A stretch of DNA of 63,169 nucleotides, counting the filler, from Chiloscyllium plagiosum (Eukaryota): the NCBI RefSeq assembly GCF_004010195.1. It is 4 parts of one record of this genome, joined end to end, with 100 filler letters (N's around TTAATTAATTAA, not from the genome) between each part and the next. Parts side by side here need not be neighbours in the genome. Positions count along the whole stretch, not along the records: positions 1 to 16,418 come from NC_057715.1; positions 16,519 to 30,595 come from NC_057715.1; 2 more parts are not named here. The stretch is one strand, 5' to 3'. Of this stretch, positions 12,507 through 24,761 are shown one piece after another. Positions within the stretch are counted from its first letter, which is position 1. The number at the start of each line of letters is the position of its first letter. The notes beneath the pieces are model-generated. The model had not been told where the DNA came from. It was given only the letters and a program-made list of their open reading frames with translations, and did no database searches. The translations under genes and the position numbers were made by a program.

Positions 12507-13358
12507 ATATGAACAATAAGCCTAATGATTTCTGTGAAGCATTCTCGATATTCCAAAACTCGACAGTTTGGGTTTTTAGGACCTATTTAGATGATCTCAT
12601 TTTGGCTTCCATCAGGATACTGTGAGGGTGAAATGGGGGAAGCCACACAACGATACAGACCGAGAGCAGTCAAGGTATAATCTTACCTTGTGGGCCCGTT
12701 GGTCTCAGGTCTGACCCTTAGGTGAAGCTCCTCTTTTCCAGTTTTACTCAAACGTAGCCCTTGTTGGAACCCTGCTCGCAGCGCCAAATTGTTAAAGTAC
12801 AGATTTGAGACGGCCCAAGGAATCCCTTGTGGACTCAGACCTGTAAAGCCTCTCTCTTGGTTCATCCTGGAGATTGTATTATTTGGAAGTCTGGAATAAA
12901 AACCTCTTACAGACAGATTAGTTTAATTTTAGTCATCCCCTTTATTCACTAATACTATCACTGTTACAACATAACACTGACACCAATAAGCTAAACTAAC
13001 TAGGTTCTAATAACCTAGGAGAGTACGTACCAGCTCTCCAAGTGCCACAGTAGGCTACTCTGATGTACTGATACAAAGTGGCTTCCTTTGTACAAAAGTT
13101 TGAAAACAACATTGCATATTCTTAATTAGACAGATACCATGAAAGACAATAGTTCGTAAGGAAGAAACATTAATTGACAGGTCTGTGTACGCTTGACTAA
13201 TCACTCCTACAGGCCCAAAGCCTTTCATCAGGTGGGAAAAACATACCTAGCCTGCTAGCAAGATAAACTGCTATCATAAAGAGGTACCAGTCTGAGCTAA
13301 TTGAAGAGTTTATAAAGTAACCTTGCACAGCTCGCATGTCTGATATCATTGTTTTACA
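12506..13358 (-). mobile_element. LTR retroelement/ERV remnant: LTR + tRNA-Ser PBS + leader
   Basis: Minus strand: LTR end ..TTTAACA (12790), 3 nt, PBS TGGCGCTGCGAGCAGGGT (12786-12769), splice donor AAG|GTAAGA (~12690-12681); AATAAA at 12946-12941; candidate LTR start TGTAAAAC at 13358 (alternative boundary near 14197). Confidence 0.7.
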
Positions 13359-13848
13359 AATTCCCTTCTTAGCAAGGAGGGCAAACTTTTGACCATAAAA
13401 TGGCTTCCCGACAGACTATGTCAGAATCTCTTCACTGCTAGGTTTAGAATAATTTTAAGCTGGGAGCAGATTCCTGCTTTTTATCTTAAGCACAGAATCA
13501 TTCTGTACCTGAGGCTGAAATGTTACTGCAAGGTTGTATTTAAAATGATTAATTAGTCTCGAATTAAACATGCCTTCTTTTCAAGTTTGTGATTCAAATT
13601 CAAAAAAGACATAAGATCTGATTAGTTAGAATTGACAGTGGGGCAGTCCATAAGGTCTGTAGTGGTCTGCAAGAACAGCAAGTAAGCTAAGGCTTCATCA
13701 ATATTACCTTCTACAGAGTTTGTACTTAATAACTGATAATGGCTACTGAATATCATCGTAAAGTCCCAAAATGCAATTAAATTCAATCCATAGCACATAA
13801 GCACTAAGAGCTAATTTTCTACTGGCTTCAACAGCCTCAGCATTAAAA

Positions 13849-13885
<37 letters not shown>

Positions 13886-14334
13886 GTGTCTTTTTGAATT
13901 GTCAAGTCTGGATTTTGTATCAGCAAAGATTTTTTTTTTCTCTGTGACTGCCCTGCTTGCAAGGGGTAATAAGAATCCATTATAATTGGCAGCATCTAAC
14001 CATTAATTACAAAGTTTTTGATAGTACCGAGTTTCAGGGTCAGAATCAAACAGTGTCATTAATTTCACAAGGGAACGGCTGTGAATGTTATCACTTGATG
14101 TCCTGTTCTCAGATTCACCGATGCGAAGGCAAATGTTCTTAATTGTCTTACAGCATCCTGTTATCACTTGGTGAGCCCAGATGTCGCTATCTTTAAGTTC
14201 TCCCCCTTTTTCTGAGCCTTCCAGCCTGTCTATTTTCTAGTATAGTAAATGTGTCCTATAATTTGGCATTACATTTTAGTCTAAATGTTTAAAGACAAGT
14301 TTTAAGGCTATAGACGTTCAGTCATTCTAAATCA

Positions 14335-15000
14335 AAGAGACTACATTGAGAAAGTGAACGCACTGCTTGCAGATATCAACACTTACCAATAAGTGATGAG
14401 AGACCCGATCCCACATCTAAAGAACTGAATCACAGCCCTACTCACAAAACTTCAGAAATCTGGAGAAATAAATAAGACCAACTTCCAAAAAATGAAAACA
14501 GATGCATCCAAAGCACCACACTTCTACAGACTGCCCAAATTCACAAACCAGGAGCCCCACCCTGACCCATAGTCTCGCTACCTGGAACACCAATGTACAG
14601 ATTAGCCAAGGACCTACTCCACCCAAGAGTTCCTGAACACCATCAAAGATACCAAGAAAGAAGAGGATGATATAATGGTCTCCTTTGACGTAACAGCCCT
14701 GTTCACATCCATCAACATCAACCTGGCCAAGGAAACACTGACTGCACTATTAGAAGAACCAAAGACATACACCAAGAGCCATGTACTTCATCAGCAAGGA
14801 CAGTATCCTCAAGTTTGTGAACTTATGCCTTACCACCCACTTCACCTTCAACAACAAAACCTACAGACAAACCAACAGAACACCCGTGGTATCTCCAATA
14901 TCAGGGTTCTAAGCAGAGGCAAGAATGCAGAGACTTGAACGAATAGCTCTGCCAAACATCTAACCCAAACTTTGGTCCGCAACGTGGATAACACATTTGC
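14335..15000 (+). mobile_element. Penelope-like RT fragment
   Basis: DYIEKVNALL.., PHFYRLPK, PIVSLPGTPMY, MVSFDVTALFTSININLAKETL (PLE RT motif A); stops and deletions. Confidence 0.85.
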
Positions 15001-15084
15001 TCCAAAGTGTGTAATAACATCTTTGAATAGATTGTTTAGGAAAAGAAAATAGGAAAGCACCTCTCATGGTAGTGTCCCCACTTC

Positions 15085-15355
15085 TGGCTCAGTGGTTAGC
15101 AGTGTTGCTGCACAGCGCCAAGGACCTGGGTTCGATTTCAGCCTTGGGCGACTGTGTGGAGTTCGTGCATGAGTGAGTGAGTGAGTTTCCTCTGGTGCTC
15201 TGGTTTCCTTCCAGAGTGTAAGGATGTGCAGGCTAGGTGCATTAGCCTTGAAAAATGCAGGATTACAACAATAGGGTTAAGGAGGTGGATCGGAGTGGGA
15301 AAATATTTGAAGGATTTGAAAGGCCCACTTCAGCGCTGTAGGGATTCTATGATTG
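15085..15355 (+). mobile_element. tRNA-derived SINE (HE1-like); its 3' end is duplicated at 1-105
   Basis: A box TGGCTCAGTGG, B box GGTTCGATTTC, body TCTGGTGCTCTGGTTTCC..GATGTGCAGG shared with 48410-48760. Confidence 0.7.
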
Positions 15356-16418
15356 TATATAAGAGCCAGGTTCAAGTCTCACCAGCTGCAGAGGTATGTG
15401 AGGCATCTCAGAGTAGGTTGATTAGAAAAATACAAAAACACATATTGGGGGTCCTCTTGTGGTAGTGTCCCTCCCCCTGCATGGGGAGAACCGGGTTCAA
15501 GTTCCACCTGCTCCTGTGGTTAAATAATATCTCTGAACAGGCCGATTAGAAAAATAGGTTAAGTTGGAAAAAAAATGTGAAAATGCCTAATGGAAAGTCA
15601 GTACGTAATGGCTAAATTACTATTTAACTTGTTGGTAATTTGTATTTGCATCTTACATTCAACTGATTTGCATGAAAGTCCAAATTTAAACAGCTCATGA
15701 AAATACTTGCCTGAGTCATTTTTATGAAACTTTGTTATTCTGAATTTAGCACCCCAGAAGTTAGTGTTTTGCATGGTTGAAACATTGCAAACCATAAGCA
15801 AAAGAAGCAAATGCAAAGAGGCAATTAATGTTGACCTCTTTGCCTTGAACCAGACATAGGAGACAGGTTTTTTAAAAATTTATTCTGCCAAAATTAAAAT
15901 TATTAACTTGCTTCTATCCAGGGCAACCAGTTATGTTTCATATTCGGATCAGACAAAGATGTTTAAAAAGACTATATCTTTGCTCTTCAGACAGTCCCTC
16001 AGGATCAAGGATGTCCTGCTTCCATTTGGGTTCTGGAATGGCTGATGTTTGGATTTGGACTTGTTATATGTCAGGCTTGAAGATTTGGGTAGGTTTGTTT
16101 AGAGGTTTGTGTGCTCCCTGCAACACCTCTACTTTGTCTCTGCACTCTCCTGATGCAGTCGCAATGATTTTTGGTGCTTTCCTGAGTGAGCCTTCTCCAT
16201 TTTGGTTGGCTATAAGCCAAGTCCTCACTAAGTGAGCTGGGATGTTTAAGTGTTGTGGTTCTGTTCGCCGAGCTGGGAATTTGTGTTGCAGACGTTTCAT
16301 CCCCTGTCCAGGTGACATCCTCAGTGCTTGGGAGCCTCCTGTGAAGAGCTTCTATCGTATGTGGCGCTTAGGCGGTTGGCACAGGATTCCCATTTCCTGG
16401 CTTGTCTTAGCATCTCTC

Positions 16419-16518
16419 NNNNNNNNNNNNNNNNNNNNNNNNNNNNNNNNNNNNNNNNNNNNTTAATTAATTAANNNNNNNNNNNNNNNNNNNNNNNNNN
16501 NNNNNNNNNNNNNNNNNN
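16419..16518. other. Assembly gap with artificial TTAATTAATTAA spacer (same at 30596-30695 and 61559-61658)
   Basis: 44 N + TTAATTAATTAA + 44 N, same layout at three sites; 12-mer has stops in all six frames. Confidence 0.95.
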
Positions 16519-17126
16519 TGAGGGTTTGGTTCAGAAAATGAAGGAAGCATATGTCAGGTATAGACAGGATAGATCGAGTGAATTCTGACAGTATAAAGGC
16601 AGTAGGAGTATATTTAGGGGGAAATTGTTCTTTATACAGATGAACTGAATGACTTTGTGTTATGCAGTTATCATTGGATTATTCACTGTCACCTTCCAAC
16701 TCAGTGTTGTTAAATGTAATCTTTACTTAGTTGTTCGTTTACAACAATTCATTTCCTGAATTTACTTTTTTCCCAAAAAAACTAAATTCTTTTCTGCAAT
16801 TTTCTAAGAGGATTAATTCACCCCCTCTCACTTGATCTTGAAAGTGTTATAATGTAATTGGATGTCCTGACACATACCCAGGATGCTATTAATTAGAACA
16901 CACTAATACAATTACATGGTGAGTTTCTCCAGCAGAAGTTGAAGATCCCATTAATCCATGCTGTACAGGACTGTCCATAAGCAGAGAGGTCTTGCAGTTT
17001 ATTTGTATTTTACAACGGAGGTTTCCATTGTCATCTGAGTCTTTTTTCACCATTTCTTTCTCTGGTTTCCTCAAGGTAAGTAATAAAATTTTTTCATCTT
17101 TCATTTGAATAAATATCTTTCATTTG

Positions 17127-18776
17127 GAGATGCTGGTGTTGGACTGGTATACAAAGTGAAAAATCACGCAACACCAGGTTATAGTCCAACATGTTTAATT
17201 GGAAGCACACTAGCTTTCAGAGCGTCGCTCCTTCATCAGGTGATAGTGGAGGACACAATTCTAAGGCACAGCATTTATAGCAAAACTTTACAGTGTGATG
17301 TAACTGAAATTATACATTGAAAAATACCTTGATTGTCTGTTGAGTCTTTCGTTTGTTCAAATACAATGATAGTTTCACTTCTTTCATGTGTAAATCACAA
17401 AACCTTTTTTTAAAAGTTGCATTCTCAGGTTAGCTGTAACAATGGGCTTAAGTTAGACAATATGTTGAAGGTGTTAGCCCCCTGTGTTCTCTCTGCATGC
17501 CATGATGTTTAGATTGATTCTAATCTAAAAAGTGAGAAAACAAGAGTTTTACATGAATTCATGCAATTTTTGAGCAAACTACAATGTAACTCTGCAAGTA
17601 CAAATTCGCCCCACAAAATATGTGTGCATCTGGGTCTTTGTCTGTCTGTGTGTGCGTATCTGGGGGTGGGAGGTTGTGAGTGTCTGTGAGAGAGAGTGTA
17701 TATGTGTGTGCATGAGTGTAGAGTGGTCGAAGTCTCTGAGGGTGTGTGTGTAGTGCAATGGTGGTCACCTGTAATGTGACATGAAGCCAAGGTCCCGGTT
17801 GAGGCCGTCCTTATGGATACCGAATTTAGCTATCAGCCTCTGCTCGGCCACTTTTCTCCTTTTCTGTACTGCCTGTCCCGAAGTCCACTTTGGAGGATGG
17901 TCACCCGAAGGTCCGAGGCTGAATGTCCTGGACCACCGAAGTGTTTCCCAACTGGAAGGGAACCCTCCTGTCTGTTGATTGTCGTGCGGTGTCCATTCAT
18001 CCGTTGTCGTAGCCTTTGCTCGGTTTCCCCAATGTACCATGCCTCCGGGCATCCTTGCCTGCAACGTATAAGATAGATAAGTTGACTGAGTCACATGAGT
18101 ACCTGCCACATACATGGTGGGAGGTGTCCCCACGCATAATGGTGGTGTCCATGTCCACACTCTGACACGTCTTGCAGCGCATACCGTGACAGTGTGATAT
18201 GGAGTTGTCCTGAGAGCCGGGCAGGTTGCTATGAACAATGATCTGTTTGAGGTTTGGCGGTTGGTTAAAGGCAAGTAGTGGAGGTGTGAGAAAGGTCTTG
18301 GGGAGGTGCTCATCCTCATTGATAATGTGTTGCAGGTCACGAAGAACATGGCATAGTTTTTCAGCTCCTGGGAAGTACTGAACAATGAAGGGTACCCTGT
18401 TGGTTGCAGCCCGTGTCTGTCTCCTGAGGAGGTCATTATAGTTCTTGCTGTGGCACGTCGGAACTGGCAGTCGATGAGTTGGGCATTGTACCGTGTTCTT
18501 GTGAGGGCATCCCTGAGTACTTCCAGGTGCCCGTCCCATTCCTCCTCACCTGAGCAAATCCAGTGTTCGCGTTGGGCTTGTCCATAGGGAATGGCTGTTT
18601 TAATATGTTTTGGATGGAAGCTGGAGAAGTGTAGCATTGTGAGGTTGTCTGTGGGTTTGCAGTAGAGTGTGATGCTGAGGTGTCCACCCTTGATGGAGAT
18701 GCATGTGTCCAAGAATGAGACAGATAGTCGAGAGTAGTCCATGGTGAGTTTGAGGATGGGTGAAGTGTTCCCAGTT
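17127..18776 (-). mobile_element. Penelope-like retroelement, copy B (less deleted than copy A)
   Basis: CHGMRCKTC Zn motif, GRYSCDS, WYIGE-type GIY-YIG region, AEQRLIAKFG..GLNRD C-terminus across frameshifted minus ORFs. Confidence 0.9.
17208..17242 (-). ncRNA. Minimal hammerhead ribozyme motif in PLE 3' terminus
   Basis: Reverse complement CAC-CTGATGA-A-GGAGC-GAC-GCTCT-GAAA-GCTA-GTG: canonical CUGAUGA/GAAA, palindromic AGCT, stem I CAC/GTG. Confidence 0.65.
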
Positions 18777-18923
18777 TCATTTGACTGAGAGGATGGACTG
18801 CAAAACGTAGGTGTCATTGTGATGTCTAATTTGAACTAGGTGCAGTGTTTGATGTTGGTTAATCATTCAGAAAGGATCATGACATCTGAATGTTCTAAAC
18901 TACACTTCTTTGTCTCAATTTAG

Positions 18924-19226
18924 CTCCTCCGACTGTTACCATCCAAACATATCCAGACTTTTCTCTGATTGACTGCAGGAAACGCCTCATTGTCATCTGT
19001 ACAGCAGTAAATGCAAAACCAGCCGCCAGTATCACTTGGAAAGCCCCTTTTGGTGTACGTACCAATGAAAGTATTGGGCCTCCTGCTGAAAATGGGACTG
19101 TGACTGTCTCTAACTGGTTTCAACTGTGTCTGAATAAATCGCTTCATGGGCAGAAGATTGTCTGTGTTGTGGAACATCCAACCCTCAATGCTTCAAAACA
19201 CGTTCCTCATCTGCTGACTATTGACT
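18924..19226 (+). CDS. Second (C-type) Ig domain exon of nectin/PVR-like gene, copy B
   Basis: Same splice sites and length as 10206-10508, open frame, 10 nucleotide differences. Confidence 0.88.
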
Positions 19227-20360
19227 GTAATTACAATTCTATCCTATTTTTCATTATATTTGTGTTAATATTTGTAGGAAATACACAATGAGGTGCAAGA
19301 GTGAAATAGAATTTGTTATGGCTCCATTTTAGCTGTACAACTGTGGGGCTATTAAAAAAGCAGAAGCCACTTCTTTTACTCCTTCCTGTTGTGCCTCCAC
19401 ATTCACCTTTTTCGAACAAGCAAGCAGGACACCCAGAGGAAGGAATCGGCAAGCTGTGTGAAATATACAGCCTAGATTTGACAATGGTGTCAGAACGTAT
19501 TCTGCTGTATTAACTGGGGCTTGAATGAGGAGGTAGCTATGACAAATTTACTGTGAAGTGAAATCCTCAGGGAATTGAATCCTGAAATAGAAAAATACAT
19601 TTTAAGCCTACGTTGTAAAGGAAGAGGCATGAGCATTTTGGTGTTTTTACAAGCATATGACAAAACTCCAATATACTGCCCCCACCTTGATGTCAAATTT
19701 CCTTCACCTCTAACTGCCAGACTCCATCACCATGTGTACATTAAACTACTCTCCTGCCAGTTACAAGATGCACTGCAGAAATTCACCAAAGATCCTCAGA
19801 CAGCACCTTCCAAACCCGTTACTACTTCCACATAGAAATTTAAGGGCAGCAAAAAAACATGGGAACACCATGTCCTTCAAGTTACCCTCCAAGTCACTCA
19901 CCATCTTGATTTGGAAATGTATTGCAATTCCTTCACTGTCACTGAGTCAAGATCCTGGAATTCCCTCCGTACCAGTATTGTGGGTCAACTCATAGCAGGT
20001 GGACTGCAGCGGCTCAAGAAGGCAGCTCACCACTACTTTCTCAAGGGCAACTAGGGACAGGCAATAAATGCTGGCAAGCCAGTCACACCCACATCCCACA
20101 AATGAGTAAAGAAAAAAAAATTGTTTGTGCTGTTCCTGAATGTCTACCAGCTCCACTGTATTACAGATATCTGTAGTGTTTAATTTTGCTGAGGCTCTGT
20201 TGTAAAGCTCAGCGGTGCCTCTTGATCTCTGGCCTTGCTAGGTCCATGTGATACTCTGCACCCTTCCCATCTATCCATTAACATCAGAGCCATAGAACAA
20301 TGTGACTCATTGTTTACAAGTCTCTGAGCATGAATTTGTTCTCCATTCTTTATCTGCAGC

Positions 20361-20456
20361 TGAAAATGTGTTGCTGGAAAAGCGCAGCAGGTCAGGCAGC
20401 ATCCAGGGAACAGGAGAATCGACGTTTCGGGCATAAGCCCTTCTTCAGGAATGGGG
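20361..20456 (-). mobile_element. 96-bp PLE terminal fragment with hammerhead core, present only in copy B
   Basis: 14-bp TSD TCTTTATCTGCAGC (20347-20360, 20457-20470); single empty site in copy A near 11600; minus core CTGAAGA-A-GGGCTTATGCCC-GAAACGTC at 20421-20448. Confidence 0.9.
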
Positions 20457-21369
20457 TCTTTATCTGCAGCCCTGCAATTTTTGTTCTTATGTAATTCTGT
20501 ATTCTTTATTGAGAAACTTCCCACCCATTAAATAGTCTTCCACCTCTTACACTAAAGTTACCCAAATCATAACCCTGAGTAAAAAATACTCATGTCCTTT
20601 TTAATGGTTTTGCCAATTACCTGATAGATGTACCCTCGACAGTTCCCCTGCCAGAGGAAACATTCCTTCCAATTGACCCAATTTAAATCTCCTCCAATTA
20701 TTTTTAACATTCCTTTTACATCTGCCCTTTGTTACAATCTCCGTAGAGACCTACAACTTGTAAAAGGAGATTGGAATTCAAGTTGATAGGTAAAAAAAAT
20801 GAAACTTGTTTACATTTTTGAACCTATATACTGCAAAACAACTTACAATTTAAATTCCTGAGAGGAATATTCCTGTTTTGTACTTATAACTCATCAAGTT
20901 CTCCATGGAATTACAGTCCCTTTAGCAGAATCCACATTTGCTCCCAGATTCCAAAGACTTTCCATATCTCCCTTTTGCCGAATAATAACTTTGAGGAACC
21001 ATATCCTGGGACTTCCTACAGTTACTGTTGAGTTTTTTTCAATCTATCAACAACATTAATACTTCTTCTGAGAACTATTCCTACCCTGATCATGCTAGAA
21101 TACATATTTTAGAGTTTCTGCAATGGTGCAGTAAGTTTAACTCAAGACCATCTCCCTCACATAACAGGCTATGGAAGCTTGCAAAGACAGGCTGCCTATA
21201 CTCTCATCTGACCGTATATAACTGGAGAATTCCTGTGATATTCATAGGTTGGTGGAGAAGCTTGTAACCTCATTAACTGGGTATCTTGTGAGCAGTGATA
21301 ACTAGCTCCTTGAGAAACTGCCTTGCTTCAATTTGGAAGCAATTAAACAACTATGGCATAATTATAAAA

Positions 21370-21620
21370 TCATAGAGATGTACAGCATGGAAACGGACTC
21401 TTCATCCAACTTGTCCATGCCGATCAGATATCCTAAATTAATCCACTTCCTTTGCCAGCACTTGGCCCTAAACTCTTCCATTTGATATGCCCACCTAGAT
21501 GCCTCTTAAATGTTGTAATTGCACCAGCCTCCACTACCGCTTCTGGCAGCTCATTTCATACATGCACCACCCTCTGTGTGAAAAAGTTGTCCCTTAGGTC
21601 CCTTTTAAATCTTTACCCGC
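21370..21620 (-). mobile_element. CR1 3' end fragment
   Basis: Reverse complement of the 3' end seen at 37250-37510. Confidence 0.75.
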
Positions 21621-22239
21621 CCTCTAGTTCCAAAAGATGTTTTAAATTTGGTGTCTTCAACACCTTTCTGTGATGTTTTGAGATCCAAAAATTGCTTATT
21701 GGAAACTCAGAAGTGACTGCCATTGTTTCCAAGCATAAATAGCGTACACCTTCTCAGTAAACCATCTGAGCATTCCTTTGATCTCTAACAGTAGAAGCTT
21801 TGATGGTCAAATTCACTTCAGAATAAGAGACTTTCATTTGCTAGAAATTTAAAGCTGCACTCCCAAAGTATAGTAAGTTTACATCTCTTAATCATAATGC
21901 CTTGTACTGTTGCAGCAAATGGAAACAGCCATAATCTAATCACTCTCTGCATGAATTAAGAGCCTCATTCTTGCCCTGTTCTGATCAATCTCCTTTATGT
22001 GCTGTCTCAAGATTTCCTCGGGTGAGGGACCGGACATGGGAATAGTTCATCAGCTGAGGTTTCAATTGTGTTTTGTAATGATTTGTATTAGCCTCTATAA
22101 TCTTATAATCTGTGTTTATTTCTGGAACAAAGAATTAAGGATTCCATGGGCTAGAAATTGGGTTGCCTTGGTCTGGGTTGCAATTTGCACTGTGTCTGCA
22201 TGCATTAAGATCAAGGTGATGGACACATAACTCACAACT

Positions 22240-22331
22240 AGATCATTACATGGGCAGAGTATTTCCTGTGTTGTGAAATATCCAACCCTTAATGTTTCAA
22301 AATAAATTTCTTATAAGCCGAATGCTTGCTC
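22240..22331 (+). pseudogene. Decayed remnant of the 3' part of the C-type Ig exon, itself partly tandemly duplicated (22262-22385 / 22386-22508)
   Basis: Reads RSLHGQSISCVVKYPTLNVSK*ISYKPNAC versus KSLHGQKIVCVVEHPTLNASKHVPYLLTID; in-frame TAA; donor GTAATT changed to CTAATT. Confidence 0.8.
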
Positions 22332-22630
22332 TAATTACACCTCTCCATGACTGTAGCTTTTGGCTGTGTGGGTCTCACACTACCTTTTCCTGTGTTGTGA
22401 AATATCCAACCCTTAATGTTTCAAAATAAATTTATTATAAGCCAAATGCTTGCTCTAATTACACCTCTCCATGACTGTAGCTTTTGGCTGTGGGGCCTCA
22501 CACTACCTCTACTGACAGCAGGGGCGAAGGCCACATTGTTCACTTATTATGTAGTTAACTAGCCTTTTCTAAAAGGCAATCTGTGATGAGAGTTAGGTTC
22601 AAAACGAGATGAGTGGAAACTACTTTTCTC

Positions 22631-23045
22631 AGTGTTGAGAATCTGTGGAACTCACTGCCCCAGAGTGCAGTACAGGCTGAATTAATCAACAGATTTAAGA
22701 AAAAATAGATATGTTTCTGATGAAAAGTGGGATGGAGAGCAGGCAGAAGATTGGAGTTGAGACTAGGATAAGATCAGTCATGATCATGTTAAATGGCAGG
22801 GCGGGCTTGAAGGGTTGAGTGTTGAGAATCTGTGGAACTCACTGCCCCAGAGTGCAGTACTGGCTGAATTAATCAACAGATTTAAGAAAAAATAGATATG
22901 TTTCTGATGAAAAGTGGGATAAAAGGCGATGGAGAGCAGGCAGAAGATTGGAGTTGAGACTAGGATAAGATCAGTCATGATCATGTTAAATGGCAGGGCG
23001 GGCTTGAAGGGTTGAATTGCCTCCTCCTCCTAATTCCTATATTCC
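22631..23045 (+). mobile_element. CR1 3' fragment, tandemly duplicated (22631-22817 / 22818-23016)
   Basis: Direct repeat AGTGTTGAGAATCTGTGGAACTCACTGCC..GCTTGAAGGGTTG; WNSLP motif; 10-nt indel between copies. Confidence 0.8.
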
Positions 23046-23983
23046 AGTCTTGTCATGCTGTTCAACTCACCACACTCCCATCATTTGCCCAGCAACATTT
23101 CCTGACACTCGGGAATCTCATCCAACTTCCAGATGCCTCATCTCACACATCAGTCTGAACCTTCTGTGTTCCTGCTTTCAAATACCCAATGCTTAACACC
23201 TACACAATCTCAGCAGTCCATGTTCTGATCCCAGTTCTGCATAAGCTTCAATGGAAATGCTTAGAGTGTGAGCTTTTGCAATCTTTCTGGCAGTGTGTCT
23301 ATCTTATATACATCATTGAAATTTCCAAAAAGCAAATGCAGCAGTTCAACTATAGAGGTCTGCAAGTTTATGAAAATTATTGTTGTAGCAATGTACAATG
23401 GGGATTTGAAATGTCCAACATAATTAATCTTTGGAATGTGGGTGTTGCTGGTGAGGCTAAATTTATTGACATCTCTTGTTAATCTTGAGTTGTGGTGAGC
23501 CACCTTATCGAAACTGCTGCAGTACAAATGGAAAAGGTGCTACATTGATACAACTAAGTTACAGGATTTTGGCGCAAAGAAAAATAGCAATATGTTGAAA
23601 TCAAGATGGACCAATTGTTCAGATTAAGTTTTCACTTACTTTTATTGGATTTGCTTCACTCATTGAAAAACTTTGGGGTTATTTTTCAACTTCATCACCA
23701 AACCATATTGAACGTTCCTGTTTTTAATTAATTTGCACAGAATAGAAGAAAAATCGAGTCACAGTAACGTTGGCAACTGCAATTCTTTTGGTAATTTTCA
23801 AAGAAATATTGACAATTTAAGTTTGTAAAAACATGTCTTGTATTTTCTTTTTCTTATTTCAGATTTGTACAATGTTTTGCTTTTGTTACTAAAATAGGGG
23901 AAGTGTGATTGTAACTTCCCAGCATTCACTGAGTGGGCGATTACTCTGCAGCAAGAACTTACAGTATGTTTTATTATTTCATC

Positions 23984-24761
23984 TGTGACAATACTATGGC
24001 TTTAAGAGGTGTATTTTATCCTGATATTTTGCTGAAGAGAGGTTTTAAGACCAAGGTACTGAGTTGTCTATTTGGATCCACAGCTTGTGAGACCTTGGCG
24101 TTCTTTTTAAAGTTGGAACAATAGTATCAGCCTGAATGGATGGGGTCAAGCTCCCACACTGCCAAGACCTTTTAGATTTTCAGTATCAGTCACTGGGTCT
24201 TGAAACTGGGTGGATGCTCTCGTATATCACTCCTGCTATTCTCTGAGTTTTCTCTCAATGTTTTTTCGTCTTGAGATTGGAGAATTGCCTGTGAGATAAT
24301 TGATTTTTCTGAACTTGCATTGGCCAAGGGTGTTAATTGTATATTACTATATTGGACCAGTTAATTAGTAGTTAAGTGATCTATTATTTTGTTAAGTTTT
24401 CTAATGGAGTTAAATTATTCCAGTCTGGTAGCTTGACCAAATCCAACTGTATCTGGAATGCAGTGCCTGACACTTACCTTTTAAAGATGAAAGTGTGTTG
24501 CTGGAAAAGCGCAGCAGGTCAGGCAGCATCCAAGGAGCAGGAGAATCGACGTTTCGGGCATGAGCCCTTCTTCAGCTCATGCCCGAAACGTCAATTCTCC
24601 TGCTCCTTGGATGCTGCCTGACCTGCTGCGCTTTTCCAGCAACACATTTCAGCTCTGACCTCCAGCATCTGCAGTCCTCACTTACCTTTTAAAATAAGAA
24701 AAAGTTAGGCTCGAGTCTATCTTCTGAATATATTTTGAGGGGTTTGGCCTGGTCCATAACA
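23984..24761 (+). mobile_element. Solo LTR (Gypsy-like)
   Basis: TGTGACA...CATAACA termini with 4-bp flanks CATC / CGTC (TSD differing by one CpG-type change); strand is tentative. Confidence 0.6.
24486..24678. mobile_element. Fold-back PLE terminal-repeat insertion inside the solo LTR
   Basis: Arms ~24495-24564 / 24576-24646; 15-bp TSD CACTTACCTTTTAAA (24471-24485, 24679-24693); minus hammerhead core at 24548-24575. Confidence 0.85.

Larger units (their letters stand above)
15249..20820. repeat. Duplicated block, copy B (V-exon region replaced by a 100-nt gap)
   Basis: 15249-16418 matches 1-1170; 16519-20820 matches ~7860-11949. Confidence 0.95.

Noticed and set aside
11901..12519. ORFs of ~200 aa
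   Set aside because: Translate across the N gap.
16463..16474. TTAATTAATTAA palindrome at three sites
   Set aside because: Always centred in identical 100-nt N gaps; artificial scaffolding spacer.
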